DNA of 64,000 bases, from NCBI GenBank assembly GCA_963733285.1, contig CAVTDA010000172.1:6070-70069 (forward strand), given 5' to 3'. Positions 49,303-59,628 of the stretch are shown piece by piece. The position numbers were made by a program, and so were the translations under genes. Source of the stretch: an uncultured Acidobacteriota bacterium (GTDB taxonomy: Bacteria; Acidobacteriota; Terriglobia; UBA7540). How positions within the stretch are numbered: the stretch's first letter is position 1; each line of letters starts with the position of its first letter. The notes beneath the pieces were generated by a model that worked only from the letters and a program-made list of their open reading frames with translations, made no database searches and was not told where the DNA came from.

Positions 49303-51069
49303 ATGCCCTGGAAGTCCAAACTGAACCGCAGAGAATTTATAACGCGTCACATCTCGGCAGTGGGGGTGCTTGCAGTTTCGCGTCGCGTCGCGGCTTCTGA
49401 ACCATCTGATACGCCTATCCCCACGATTCCTGAAAAGACCGTCGTTCTGACCTTTGACGATGCCGTAAAGTCCCAACGGACATTTGTGGCTCCGCTGCTG
49501 AAAGACCATGGATTTCGCGCCACCTTCTTCATCTCCCACGCCTGGATGAACGACTTGGAGAATTTCATGACCTGGAAGGAGGTCGCCGAACTACACCAGA
49601 TGGGGCTTGAAATTGGGAACCACTCGTGGACGCACGCCAACTTCGCTTCTCCGCGAAATGCCGCGCGGTTGGAGGGTGAGCTTCACCTGGTGGAGGCCGA
49701 ATTAAAGAAGGCGGGTGTCCCGTTGCCCACCACCTATGCACACCCCGGCGACGATTTTGGCCCGGAAGCGATCGAGGTATTAAAGAAGCGGGGATATCAA
49801 CTCGCGCGCCGCGGAATGCAGCCCGAAATCAAATACGGCGCAATGGAGCCCGGACCCGCATTCGACCCAGCGGTTTATCACCCCTTGCTCATTCCCACGG
49901 CGGGTGACGCGTACCCGGATTGGAACCTCGATTATTTCAAGCAAGTGGTGAGCCGCGCGCAGCGTGGCCGCGCCGTCGTCCTGCAATTTCACGGCGTTCC
50001 GGACGTGGCGCACCCCTGGGTGTATACGCCTCCTGAAAATTTTAAGCAGTACATGGGATTTTTGAAGGAGAACGGATTCCGGGTGCTGGCGCTAGGGGAT
50101 TTGCGTCCTTACATTGATTTTGCCCACCTGCCCGCTGATCCCTTATTGAAGGAGCAATACCCGGTTTCCAAATCCCCTTGCCCGGACCTGCCGGTGGAAG
50201 TTGCTGCCACGCGTGCTGATCTGCCTTTCTGGCTGGACAACATGCTGCACTACCATCGCTATTCCTGGGCAGAGGCGGCTGGCGTCTGCGGCATGAGCGA
50301 AGAGGAAGTTCGCAAGCGCCCGGGGGAGTTGGGGATCAAGCCCGATGGACCGATTCCGCCGGTGAGGAAAACAGTCCGCGTCTTGCCTTACCCCGGAGGG
50401 CGGCGTCCGCGCATCGGGTTCAACGAGCGAGCGCTGAACCCGCTGCGCGGCACCAAGGCCAGCGTGTTTCTGCCCTGGGACCCCGCAAGTTACGTCGTGC
50501 TCGACCTGCCGGAGGCGATCTTCTCAAACCTCGGCCTGCTCTGGCTTGCGCATACCGACCTTCCGACCGTCTGGAACGAAAACAACCAAATTATAGAGAA
50601 CGTCGACTGGGAACGTGCCGCCGACGGGACGCTGCGCTCGCAATGGAACCTCCCCGGTGGTTTGACGATGGGGGCGGAAATCCGGCCAGCCGAGAATGCC
50701 GTCGAAATGGAATTGTGGATGCGCAATTTTACCAGCAAGGATTTGGCCGGCCCGGATGGTTCGAGCGGCATGCCGACGCAGATTTGCGTTCTCCTGAAAG
50801 GTGCGCCGGAATTTGCCGCCATGACCAATGACAACAAGATTCTTCGCCCGCCCGTTGCCGCAGTTCGCTCCACGACAGGGAACCGATGGATTCTGACCGC
50901 GTGGCAGAATCCCGGCAGGTCGTGGGGCAATACGCTGGTTCCCTGCATGCACGCTGATCCGAAACTCCCTGACTGCCCCTTCCGGGAAACGGTCCGAATC
51001 GAAGGGCGGCTTTGGTTCTACGAGGGGACCGACATCGAGCAAGAAATTGCGGCCCATGCGGCGGCATAA
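49303..51069 (+). CDS. polysaccharide deacetylase (NodB homology domain) family protein with Tat-like signal and a large C-terminal extension
   Basis: AGGAG RBS and ATG at 49303. KLNRREFITRHISAVGVLAV signal, then VVLTFDDAVKSQRTFVAPLLKDHGFRATFFI…GNHSWTHANF. Confidence 0.7.
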   Translation: MPWKSKLNRREFITRHISAVGVLAVSRRVAASEPSDTPIPTIPEKTVVLTFDDAVKSQRTFVAPLLKDHGFRATFFISHAWMNDLENFMTWKEVAELHQMGLEIGNHSWTHANFASPRNAARLEGELHLVEAELKKAGVPLPTTYAHPGDDFGPEAIEVLKKRGYQLARRGMQPEIKYGAMEPGPAFDPAVYHPLLIPTAGDAYPDWNLDYFKQVVSRAQRGRAVVLQFHGVPDVAHPWVYTPPENFKQYMGFLKENGFRVLALGDLRPYIDFAHLPADPLLKEQYPVSKSPCPDLPVEVAATRADLPFWLDNMLHYHRYSWAEAAGVCGMSEEEVRKRPGELGIKPDGPIPPVRKTVRVLPYPGGRRPRIGFNERALNPLRGTKASVFLPWDPASYVVLDLPEAIFSNLGLLWLAHTDLPTVWNENNQIIENVDWERAADGTLRSQWNLPGGLTMGAEIRPAENAVEMELWMRNFTSKDLAGPDGSSGMPTQICVLLKGAPEFAAMTNDNKILRPPVAAVRSTTGNRWILTAWQNPGRSWGNTLVPCMHADPKLPDCPFRETVRIEGRLWFYEGTDIEQEIAAHAAA

Positions 51070-51254
51070 ACCCCGCCTTGCGGACTCCCTCCCGCCCAGG
51101 AGAGGGAATTTGCCTGTCCCATGAATTTGCCCCGAATCTGAAATTGCCCACAACAATCCCTTTACGCACCGAATCCCGCAACGTTAGGGGTTGTTTTTCA
51201 CCCGGCGGCAAGATAATCTCTCCGGCTGGAATAATCTCTAAAGGAGAACTCATC

Positions 51255-51944
51255 ATGCAAGCTCATGACCCTGCACTTCTTCAGCTTTTACGCACTTACA
51301 ACACCCCCACCGTCTCCAACGCCATTGAAGTTTTTGACGTCCGCCCGCGGAACGAAGGTTTTATGCGTCCGGAAATCCGCTGCATTTTTCCCAACATGGG
51401 CGTCATGGTGGGCTACGCGGTGACCATCAAAATTCAGTCGGTATCCCCTGGCGCAAAGGGCGCAACGATTTATCCCAGCGAACACTGGAAAGATATTATG
51501 AAGATCCCCGCGCCGCGCGTTGTGGTGATTGAAGATCTGGACGAGCCCTCGGGCCTCGGTTCGCTCTGGGGCGAAGTGAACGCCAACATGCACAAGGCCA
51601 TGGGATGCGTCGGTTGCGTCACCAACGGCTCTGTGCGCGATCTGGATGAAGTCGAGCCGCTGGGCTTCCACTTTTTCGCCAGCCACGTGGCCGTTTCGCA
51701 CGCCTACGTTCACATTGTGGAGGTCGGCACTCCGGTGCGTATCGGTGGACTTACCGTCCATCCCGGCGATTTGCTGCATGGCGACAAGCACGGCGTGACC
51801 AACATTCCCTATGACCTTGCGCCGCGAATTCCCGATGGGGTGAAGACCGTTGAGACCATGGAGCGCCAGATCATCAATTACTCCAAGTCGCCGGAGTTCA
51901 CAGTCGACGGGCTGATCAGTTTGTTTAAGAAATTGGAATCGTAA
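51255..51944 (+). CDS. RraA family protein (HMG/CHA aldolase-like)
   Basis: AAGGAG RBS and ATG at 51255. …TPTVSNAIEVFDVRP…VVVIEDLDEPSGLGSLWGEVNANMHKAMGCVGCVTNGSVRDLDEV… is typical of RraA-like proteins. Confidence 0.75.
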   Translation: MQAHDPALLQLLRTYNTPTVSNAIEVFDVRPRNEGFMRPEIRCIFPNMGVMVGYAVTIKIQSVSPGAKGATIYPSEHWKDIMKIPAPRVVVIEDLDEPSGLGSLWGEVNANMHKAMGCVGCVTNGSVRDLDEVEPLGFHFFASHVAVSHAYVHIVEVGTPVRIGGLTVHPGDLLHGDKHGVTNIPYDLAPRIPDGVKTVETMERQIINYSKSPEFTVDGLISLFKKLES

Positions 51945-52049
51945 GAAGGCGCTTCGAGCGTCCTAGGGAAGAGAGGGCTAAATCGCTCGACAGGGCGCTG
52001 CCGATTTTTTCTGATGGCGCTGGAAATCAATTATCGGAAGGGAATCGAG

Positions 52050-52853
52050 ATGATGCGAAAAGCTCTTTTGCTCGGGGGCACGTGCGTGGCGGTTGCCCTG
52101 ACGTTGACACTCGCAATCCACAGTAATGTACTCGCCTTGCCGCAAGGGGGACAGCACGAGTGGGGTCCCAATGACCGGAGCCGGCCCGAGCCGCCCATCA
52201 TCACCTCCGGAACCGCCAGCACCCAGGAGCATGCCGGCAAGCCACCCTCCGACGCCATCATGCTCTACAACGGCAAAGACCTTTCCAATTGGGAAAGCGT
52301 CAAGGGCGGCGCGGCGGAGTGGACTCCAGATGGCGCTATCTTCATTGTCAAGCCCGGCACCGGCGACATTCGCACCAAAGCCGCTTACGGCGATTGCCAG
52401 TTGCACGTGGAGTGGGCGACGCCCAATCCGCCTCGCGGCACGGACCAGGACCGCGGCAACAGCGGCGTCTTCCTGCATGGGCTTTACGAGATTCAGGTGC
52501 TCGATTCGTTCGATAATGTCACCTACGCCGATGGTGAAGCCGGCGCCGTCTACGGTGAGTTTCCACCTCTCGTAAACGCCTGCCGCAGGCCCGGCGAATG
52601 GCAGACTTACGACATCGTCTTCCACGGGCCGCGCTTCGATGCCGACGCCAAGCTGCTGCGCAAGGCGACGGTGACTGTCTTCTATAACGGCGTATTGGTG
52701 CAGGACCACGTGGAAATCATGGGCCCCACGTGGAATCTGAAGCGGCTGCCCTACCATCCCACCCCGGAAAAACTGCCGCTGATGTTGCAGGACCACCACC
52801 ATCCTGTGCGGTACCGTAATCTCTGGATTCGCGAGCTGAAGGACGGGGAATAA
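52050..52853 (+). CDS. DUF1080 (3-keto-disaccharide hydrolase-like) secreted protein
   Basis: Signal peptide MMRKALLLGGTCVAVALTL, then …GKDLSNWESVKGGAAEWT…YGDCQLHVEWATP…DRGNSGVFLHGLYEIQVLDS…VRYRNLWIREL. Confidence 0.85.
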   Translation: MMRKALLLGGTCVAVALTLTLAIHSNVLALPQGGQHEWGPNDRSRPEPPIITSGTASTQEHAGKPPSDAIMLYNGKDLSNWESVKGGAAEWTPDGAIFIVKPGTGDIRTKAAYGDCQLHVEWATPNPPRGTDQDRGNSGVFLHGLYEIQVLDSFDNVTYADGEAGAVYGEFPPLVNACRRPGEWQTYDIVFHGPRFDADAKLLRKATVTVFYNGVLVQDHVEIMGPTWNLKRLPYHPTPEKLPLMLQDHHHPVRYRNLWIRELKDGE

Positions 52854-52910
52854 AATGATTCGGGCTGGCCGTACGCATCCTTTCAACCGGCACCCGCGAA
52901 ATCTGAAGCC

Positions 52911-53435
52911 GTGAAGCCGACGCGACGTGGCCAGAAATACTCCTTGTGGCTGATGCCGGAGGGCTCGACGCGCCACCGGCTGAGCGAAATCCTGCAAGAG
53001 CTGAGCCGGCGATACCGTGGACCGGAGTTTCCACCGCACGTGACTTTGGTCGGAAGCATTCGCGGTGATCGCGACGAGCTAATCGAGAAGTCGCGCCGCG
53101 TGTCTGCTGTGCTCGAACCCATGACTCTCCGCTTGGGAAACATCGGCATGATGCGCGAATACTTTCGCGACCTCTTTATTCATGCGGGCCCTTTGGATTT
53201 ATTGCGAAAGTCCCACGTTGCCGCGAGTAAAATTCTGGTATGCCCTGCGGACCCCGATTTCATGCCGCATCTGAGCCTTCTTTACGGCTCCCACTCGCAG
53301 AGCTTGAAAGAAAAGATCACCGACGAAATCGGCGCGAAACTTCCTGGTCAGTTCAAAGTGCGAAATCTTCGCCTCTACGCGACGGAAGGTGAAGTTGCGA
53401 CCTGGCATGAAGTCACGAAGTTTTCCATTACATGA
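52911..53435 (+). CDS. 2H phosphoesterase superfamily protein (cyclic phosphodiesterase / LigT-like)
   Basis: Two HxT/S motifs: PPHVTLVG and PHLSLLYG. Confidence 0.65.
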   Translation: MKPTRRGQKYSLWLMPEGSTRHRLSEILQELSRRYRGPEFPPHVTLVGSIRGDRDELIEKSRRVSAVLEPMTLRLGNIGMMREYFRDLFIHAGPLDLLRKSHVAASKILVCPADPDFMPHLSLLYGSHSQSLKEKITDEIGAKLPGQFKVRNLRLYATEGEVATWHEVTKFSIT

Positions 53436-53474
53436 GGCTCCAGGCGTCGAAGAATTCATAAGGAGCGAATCGCC

Positions 53475-53780
53475 ATGCTCGTCGTTCATGTACACATCAA
53501 AGTAAAGCCCGGCTTGATCGATGCCTTCAAGGAAGTGACGCTGGCCAACGCGCGCGAAAGCGTGAAGGAGCCCGGCATCGCGCGCTTCGACGTGGTGCAG
53601 CAGAGTGACGATCCTACGAAGTTTGTGCTCGTGGAAGTCTATCGCAGCCTCGAAGCGACCAACGCTCACAAAGCCACGGCGCACTACGCCGCTTGGCGCG
53701 ATAAGATGGAAACTCTGATGGCCGAGCCGCGCTACAGCGTGAAATACTCGAATGTCTTTCCGCCAGACAACGGCTGGTGA
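53475..53780 (+). CDS. antibiotic biosynthesis monooxygenase (ABM) domain protein
   Basis: 101 aa with [13 protein letters not shown]…[21 protein letters not shown]…AHKATAHY…, the ferredoxin-like ABM pattern. Confidence 0.75.
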   Translation: MLVVHVHIKVKPGLIDAFKEVTLANARESVKEPGIARFDVVQQSDDPTKFVLVEVYRSLEATNAHKATAHYAAWRDKMETLMAEPRYSVKYSNVFPPDNGW

Positions 53781-53935
53781 TCAGATTTCCTCCACAGATT
53801 TCGCAGATTACACAGATATGGACGTGGAGCAGGGGATCACCTCCACTCAACATGTTGCTACCCTGCGAGTGGATTTTCGTGACGCCTGGATTTTTTGCTT
53901 TATCGGTGTAATCTGCGAAATCTACGGATGATTCT
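53781..53935. repeat. MITE-like element filling the whole intergenic gap
   Basis: Terminal inverted repeats ccacagatttcgcagattacacagat (53792-53817) and atcggtgtaatctgcgaaatctacgg (53902-53927) are complementary at 23 of 26 positions. The arm is 25 of 26 identical to 10083-10108. Confidence 0.65.
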
Positions 53936-55093
53936 ATGGCCTTCGAATTCGCAGCCGCATCCCGCATCGTTTTCGGCCGAGGCACCTCCCAGCAGGTCGC
54001 GCCCGCAATCCGGCAAAAGGGCCGCCGGGCTCTGATGGTCACGGGAAAGAGCCACGCGAATTCCGACCGCCTGCAAGCTGAACTCACTGCCGCCGGTGTT
54101 TCCTCGTGTCGCTTTGAATTTGTGGGTGAACCCACGGTTGAAGTCGTGGGCCGTGGAGTCGAGTTTGCGCGGGCTGAAGATTGCAACGTGGTCGTCGCCA
54201 TCGGCGGCGGTAGCGTCATCGACGCGGGAAAAGCAATTGCCGGCCTGATGACGAATCCCGGCGAAGTTTTGGATTATCTCGAAGTCGTGGGCAAAGGTCA
54301 GACACTTCAGAATTCCGCTGCACCGTTTATTGCTGTGCCGACAACGGCGGGCACGGGGGCGGAAGTCACGCGTAACGCGGTGCTCGCCGTTCCTGCACAC
54401 CAGGTGAAAGTGAGCCTGCGCAGTCCGTTTCTGCTGCCGCGGCTTGCCGTTATCGATCCTAATTTGACCTCTGGGGCTTCCTGCCGGTCGACCGCGCGGA
54501 CTGGGCTCGACGCCTTAACGCAATTGATTGAAGCCTACGTTTCTAACCGTGCGAACCCCATCACCGACGGGTTCTGTTTGCAGGGAATTCCTTTGGTGGC
54601 GCGTTCGTTGCGGCAGGCCTTCCATCATGGAGATGACGTTGCGGCGAGAAGTGACATGTCACTCGCGGCGTTCTTCAGTGGACTCGCACTCGCCAATGCC
54701 GGCCTCGGCGTCGTCCACGGATTCGCCGCCCCGCTCGGAGGCAGGTTTGATGCTCCCCACGGAGCGGTCTGCGCGGCGATTCTGCCCCATGGCATGGAGA
54801 TCAATCTGCGCGCGCTGCGGGCCCGCGTGCCGCAAAGTGATGCATTGCGCCGCTATAAGGACGTGGCCCGCATCCTTACCGGCAATCCCGCCGCCAGCGC
54901 TGAAGACGGAATTGCCTGGGTGAACGAGATTGTCCGCGAACTTGAAATACCAGCGCTTAATGCCTATGGTATCGGCGAAAAAGATGTCCCCATTCTCGTG
55001 GCCGAAGCTGCAAGGGCCAGCAGCACAAAGGCGAATCCGCTTGTGCTTACACCGGAAGAATTGACCGAGGTTCTGACCCACTCCATGAATTAA
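53936..55093 (+). CDS. iron-containing (group III) alcohol dehydrogenase
   Basis: …VVAIGGGSVIDAGKAIA…, …FIAVPTTAGTGAEVT…, and His-rich metal-site regions. 385 aa. Confidence 0.85.
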   Translation: MAFEFAAASRIVFGRGTSQQVAPAIRQKGRRALMVTGKSHANSDRLQAELTAAGVSSCRFEFVGEPTVEVVGRGVEFARAEDCNVVVAIGGGSVIDAGKAIAGLMTNPGEVLDYLEVVGKGQTLQNSAAPFIAVPTTAGTGAEVTRNAVLAVPAHQVKVSLRSPFLLPRLAVIDPNLTSGASCRSTARTGLDALTQLIEAYVSNRANPITDGFCLQGIPLVARSLRQAFHHGDDVAARSDMSLAAFFSGLALANAGLGVVHGFAAPLGGRFDAPHGAVCAAILPHGMEINLRALRARVPQSDALRRYKDVARILTGNPAASAEDGIAWVNEIVRELEIPALNAYGIGEKDVPILVAEAARASSTKANPLVLTPEELTEVLTHSMN

Positions 55094-55127
55094 CCCTTCG
55101 CCATTTCTCTCCTGGCTTCAATTCCCT

Positions 55128-56102
55128 TCAATCAACATGTCCAGTGGATTTGGTTGCCTTGCGAAGATTTTCCAGCGCTTCCGCCTCCGACTTGGTATTC
55201 ATTGTGTTTTGCAGCGCCGCGATCGTGGGCTTCAGTTCACTGCCTTTTGCCAAATAAAGCTGATACATCAGCGGGTAGAATTTCGTGTAGGTTTCATCAA
55301 ACGCAAGCCCGGCGTTGTTCATCGCGGCAGGACATCGATTGAACGATTTTGGATTCGGCATAATTGCCGTACATGCCTGATGAAGTTCGTCAAAGGCTTG
55401 CTGCTTTTGCATGAGGGCATCGTGTTGTGAGATCTCATCTGCCTGATAAGCGCGATAGAGGCTTTTTAGCTGAGCATAGTAGCGATTGATGATTTCAGAC
55501 TTGCGCGCGAACAATTCCGGCTCGCGCTTGAGATTTTGGCAGACCTCCGACTCTTCCCCGAGCTGCTGGCGCGCGACTTCTTGTGCCGTCAAGAATCCAA
55601 TCAAAGTTGCCGAGGCCTCCGCCCAGGTCTCGGGAAGCTTGTGCAATTCCTTGCTCGCATGAAAATCCTCGTGCGGAACGACCACCAGAAATCGCTCCAT
55701 GGATTCATGCGCCAAAGCCGTCGTGAGGGGTGTCTTGCCGCTGGCATTCGCGTCCATCGCATAAAGGAAGACATCGAATTTCTGTGGGTCGACGGGGCAA
55801 CCAACTTCGGTTCCATTCACCAACTGAAGGCTGCTGTACGAGTCGGGCAATTCGAGTTTGCCCGTATAGTAGCAGCGATAGGCCACGGCGGGTTCCGAAG
55901 AAGCCCTCTGGAAATTCTTCGTGCGGCGGAAGCGCAGCTTCTTTTCCAACGACTTGATTGCGTTCACCAGGCTTTTGCGGTCCGAGGGGTAGGTTGCCTC
56001 GCTCGTGGTGGTGGTGGCGGTGCTTGCGAGTACGGTGGCAAGCATACAAGCACCAATCAAGGGTTTTAGAAGAGTCGTACCCATAAATGCCGTCCGAGGC
56101 AT
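55128..56102 (-). CDS. putative secreted aminopeptidase (Aminopep/PF10023-like)
   Basis: Signal peptide and the motif VVVPHEDFHASKE. The family assignment is from memory of the HE.FH pattern only. Confidence 0.4.
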   Translation of the reverse strand: MPRTAFMGTTLLKPLIGACMLATVLASTATTTTSEATYPSDRKSLVNAIKSLEKKLRFRRTKNFQRASSEPAVAYRCYYTGKLELPDSYSSLQLVNGTEVGCPVDPQKFDVFLYAMDANASGKTPLTTALAHESMERFLVVVPHEDFHASKELHKLPETWAEASATLIGFLTAQEVARQQLGEESEVCQNLKREPELFARKSEIINRYYAQLKSLYRAYQADEISQHDALMQKQQAFDELHQACTAIMPNPKSFNRCPAAMNNAGLAFDETYTKFYPLMYQLYLAKGSELKPTIAALQNTMNTKSEAEALENLRKATKSTGHVD

Positions 56103-56280
56103 CTTCCGCCCGCACTATTGCACGGTGATTGATTATGGTAACGCAAAAGCCTGCTGAGATTCACGATTGCCAACTGTGCAGCCAATGTGACACCGCATCC
56201 GCCGACAGAATCACTGACGAATCCGCAAAAATAGTTTATAAATAGCCAAGAGTTTCAGCCCGATTGGCAAGAGGAGGAAA

Positions 56281-57607
56281 TTGGAAAAGGCCCGGCATAT
56301 TGGCCCGAAGATCGGACTCGTGGCCCTGGTCAGTGCAACGTACGCGATGGTGGCCGGCGGTCCCTTCGGCCTGGAAGAGATCGTTCAGGCAAGCGGATAC
56401 GGTCGCGGGTTGCTGGTGATTTGCGTCATCACGCCTCTTCTTTGGGGACTCCCAACGACGCTGATGGTAAGCGAACTCGCCTCGGCACTGCCGGAGACGG
56501 GAGGCTTCTACGTCTGGGCCACGCGCGCGCTGGGGCCGTTCTGGGGATTTCAAGAATCGTGGCTGTCATTCGCCGGCAGCATTTTCGATATGGCAATCTA
56601 CCCCATCCTGTTTTCAACGTATCTCGCCCATTTATTGCCGCGGCTCGGCGTGGGATATACGCCGTTTCTCGTTGGCGTGCTCATGATAGTGGTTTGCGCC
56701 GTGATGAATCTGATGGGTACTCACTTCGTCGGTGAAGAATCGATCTTTCTTGTTCTGGCGCTGCTCGCGCCATTCGCGATTCTAGTCTGGTTCGGGTTTT
56801 CGACGTCTGCTGCAAGCGCGCCGTCAACCCACCTCACCAAACCCGACCTGCTTGCAGGCATTCTCATCGCGATGTGGAACTACATGGGGTGGGACAATGC
56901 CTCGACGATTGCGGGAGACGTCAAAAATGCGCGGCGCACCTATTCGCTTGCGATGGGCATCGCGCTTGCGCTTGTCGTCATTACCTATTTGCTGCCCATC
57001 CTTGCCGTTGCAACACGCGGGCATTCCCGCTTCCGCTTGGGAAACCGGAGCGTGGGTTACTTTGGCGGGGCGACTCGGCGGGCGAAGGCTCGCGTTGTTC
57101 GTGACCGCGGCGGGAATGCTCGGCGCGCTCAGCACCTTCAATGCGCTGGTGATGTCGCTTTCGCGCGTGCCCTACGCGATGGCCCTCAAAGGCTTTCTGC
57201 CCAAAATGTTTGCGAGGGAAAATTCACGCGGTGCGCCGTGGGTTTCCGTCCTCGTTTGCTCCCTGTTCTGGGCGCTGGCGACGGTACTCGGGTTTGAAGC
57301 CACGGTCATGCTCGACGTGCTGCTGACCGGACTCAGCATTTTGCTGGAATTCGTGGCTTTGGTCGCACTTCGCGTCAAAGAGCCCGACCTGCATCGCCAG
57401 TTTCGCGTGAAGGGCGGTCTCGCCGGCGCGATCTTTCTGGGGATTCCACCCGCGATTCTTATCGCCGTCTCCTGCGTGCGCAACCACGCGGAACGCGTTG
57501 GCCCCCTCAACTCGCTGACCGTGGGGGTCTGCCTGGTGTTGCTGGGAGTCGTATTCTACTTCGTCGGCGAAAGTCAACGAAAAGTTACGCTGGATTCCCG
57601 GCCTTGA
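56281..57607 (+). CDS. APC superfamily amino acid/polyamine permease, one frame break
   Basis: Polytopic protein with …GGPFGLEEIV…LMVSELASALPETGGFYVWA…. ORFs 56281-57297 and 56852-57607 join at G-run 57019-57021. Confidence 0.8.
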
Positions 57608-57773
57608 TGACGCGGTCCGCGAGGCTGCTGGGGGCACCAGTGACCGGCACTCGCCAAACGTTGACGTCGCCGATTCTGGTCGTAAGATTTACAAAATTGA
57701 TGGCCCTTGACCGGCTGAACATTGACAAAGCAATAAGCGAGCAGTATGATTCGCGGCCATTAGGAGGGTCGGC

Positions 57774-59459
57774 ATGCGTATTCGAGACCTGACTTGGGCC
57801 GCGGTTCTTGTTTTACTCTTATCCCCCCTTCTGAAGGCTCAGGACGCCAAGCCTTCACCCGTTCTTTCCACACTTAAAGTTGAACTTGACAGATCACTTC
57901 AAACTTTCAAGAGCCAACAACTTCCGCCTTACTTCTTAAGTTACGAAATTACAGATGACCAGGTCGTGGGGATAAGCGCCTCGTTCGGGGAAATTACCAG
58001 CAGTACAAAATCTCGGAGCCGCCAGTTGGACATCGACCTCCGCGTTGGTGATTATCACCTCGATAACACCCACGCACTTTCAACGGGTTTTCCCGACTTC
58101 AATTTCCTCGAACGATTCAGCTTTATTCAGGTACCCCTCGAGGACAATCCTGAGGCTTTGCGCAGCATCATCTGGTATAACACAGATAAGAAATACAAAG
58201 CGGCGGTGGAACGATACACAAAGGTAAAGACGTCGGTGCAAGTTGAAGTATCACCCGAGGACAAGTCCAACGATTTTTCCCGCGAACCCGCGGCCGTCTA
58301 TCGCGACCCCCCCCTGACTTTATCGCTGGACCCGAAAGTCTGGGAGGAGAAACTCCGCAAGTACACTGCCCCTTTTGCGAAATACGGCAATCTCTACGAA
58401 GCGGACGCCCAATTCAGCGCCGACATTGAGACGCGCTGGTATGTGAATAGTGACGGAACTGAGATCCAGGTATCTCAACCGCTCTACCGTTTAATCATCT
58501 CCGCCCTGAGCAAAGCCGACGACGGCATGGAATTGCCACGTTATGAGTCTTATTCCGCTGTCGCGCCTGACGGCATGCCAGACGATGCCACGATCCTCAA
58601 GGATGTCGAAAAGATCATCAGCGACTTGCAGGCTCTGCGAAGTGCCCCGGTTGTCGATCCCTTTACCGGGCCAGCCATCCTTTCCGGGTCCGCCAGCGGT
58701 GTGTTCTTTCATGAAATCTTCGGCCACCGGGTCGAAGGCCACCGCCAGAAATCGGAAGAAGAGGGGCAGACTTTTAAGAAGAAAGTGGGGCAGGTGGTCT
58801 TGCCCGCCAACTTCAGTGTGTATTCCGACCCCACCTTGCGACGCCTGGGAAATACCGATCTGGTGGGCGCTTACACTTACGATAACGAGGGTGTCAAGGC
58901 GCGCCGGGTCGTGGTGGTTAACCACGGCATCCTCGAAAATTTCTTAATGTCGCGGTCGCCCATCGAGGGGTTTCCCCAGTCCAATGGCCACGGGCGCAAG
59001 CAACAGGGGCTGGCGGTCGTGGCGAGGCAGTCCAACTTGATCGTGGAAATCTCCAACCCCGTCTCGCATGCTGCGCTCAAGCAAATGCTGATCGAAGAAA
59101 TCAAGAAACAGAACAAGCCTTTCGGGCTTTACTTCCAGGAGGTGGAGGGCGGATTCACTCTGACTGGCCGCGTCATTCCAAACGCCTTCAACGTGCTGCC
59201 CATCATGGTTTATCGTGTTTTCCCCGATGGTCGGGAGGAATTGGTCCGCGGAGTCGATCTCATCGGCACGCCCCTGACGACTTTCAGCAAGATGCTGACA
59301 GGCGACGACCAGGTCGCCACTTTCAATGGCATTTGTGGCGCAGAGTCGGGCTCGGTGCCGGTTTCCGCTTCATCGCCGGCCATCCTGGTTTCACAGATTG
59401 AGGTGCAAAAGAAGGGGAAGTCCCAGGAGCGGACGCCTCTCCTGCCACCGCCATTTTGA
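57774..59459 (+). CDS. secreted TldD/PmbA-family metallopeptidase (TldD-like)
   Basis: Signal peptide, then FFHEIFGHRVEGHRQ (HExxxH-type motif of TldD) and …NGICGAESGSVPVS…. Confidence 0.75.
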   Translation: MRIRDLTWAAVLVLLLSPLLKAQDAKPSPVLSTLKVELDRSLQTFKSQQLPPYFLSYEITDDQVVGISASFGEITSSTKSRSRQLDIDLRVGDYHLDNTHALSTGFPDFNFLERFSFIQVPLEDNPEALRSIIWYNTDKKYKAAVERYTKVKTSVQVEVSPEDKSNDFSREPAAVYRDPPLTLSLDPKVWEEKLRKYTAPFAKYGNLYEADAQFSADIETRWYVNSDGTEIQVSQPLYRLIISALSKADDGMELPRYESYSAVAPDGMPDDATILKDVEKIISDLQALRSAPVVDPFTGPAILSGSASGVFFHEIFGHRVEGHRQKSEEEGQTFKKKVGQVVLPANFSVYSDPTLRRLGNTDLVGAYTYDNEGVKARRVVVVNHGILENFLMSRSPIEGFPQSNGHGRKQQGLAVVARQSNLIVEISNPVSHAALKQMLIEEIKKQNKPFGLYFQEVEGGFTLTGRVIPNAFNVLPIMVYRVFPDGREELVRGVDLIGTPLTTFSKMLTGDDQVATFNGICGAESGSVPVSASSPAILVSQIEVQKKGKSQERTPLLPPPF

Positions 59460-59628
59460 GGGCGCAAATTTATTTGAATGGCGTTCAAAGAGAGCAATAT
59501 TGGCGCACTGGATCTCTGATCGATCTGGGGCGGTCACGGACCCCGTCGGCAATTCCTGGCGCCGGGGCCTGGCGAATGCTGGATTTGGCGCCTAACAAAA
59601 AACGAATCGCCGTTTTGAGGGATGAACG

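Noticed and set aside
51978-53039. 353-aa ORF on the minus strand. Similar long antisense ORFs occur at 2197-3033, 3478-4221, 13929-14405, 17600-18556, 24439-25122, 47572-48192, 60568-61152 and 62482-63357
   Set aside because: These are shadow ORFs typical of GC-rich DNA. Each lies opposite a gene with clear family signatures (DUF1080, M28, pta, pstS, ctaA, msrA, PmbA-like, GH116). Their translations are Arg/Ala/Gly/Pro-rich with no recognisable motifs.
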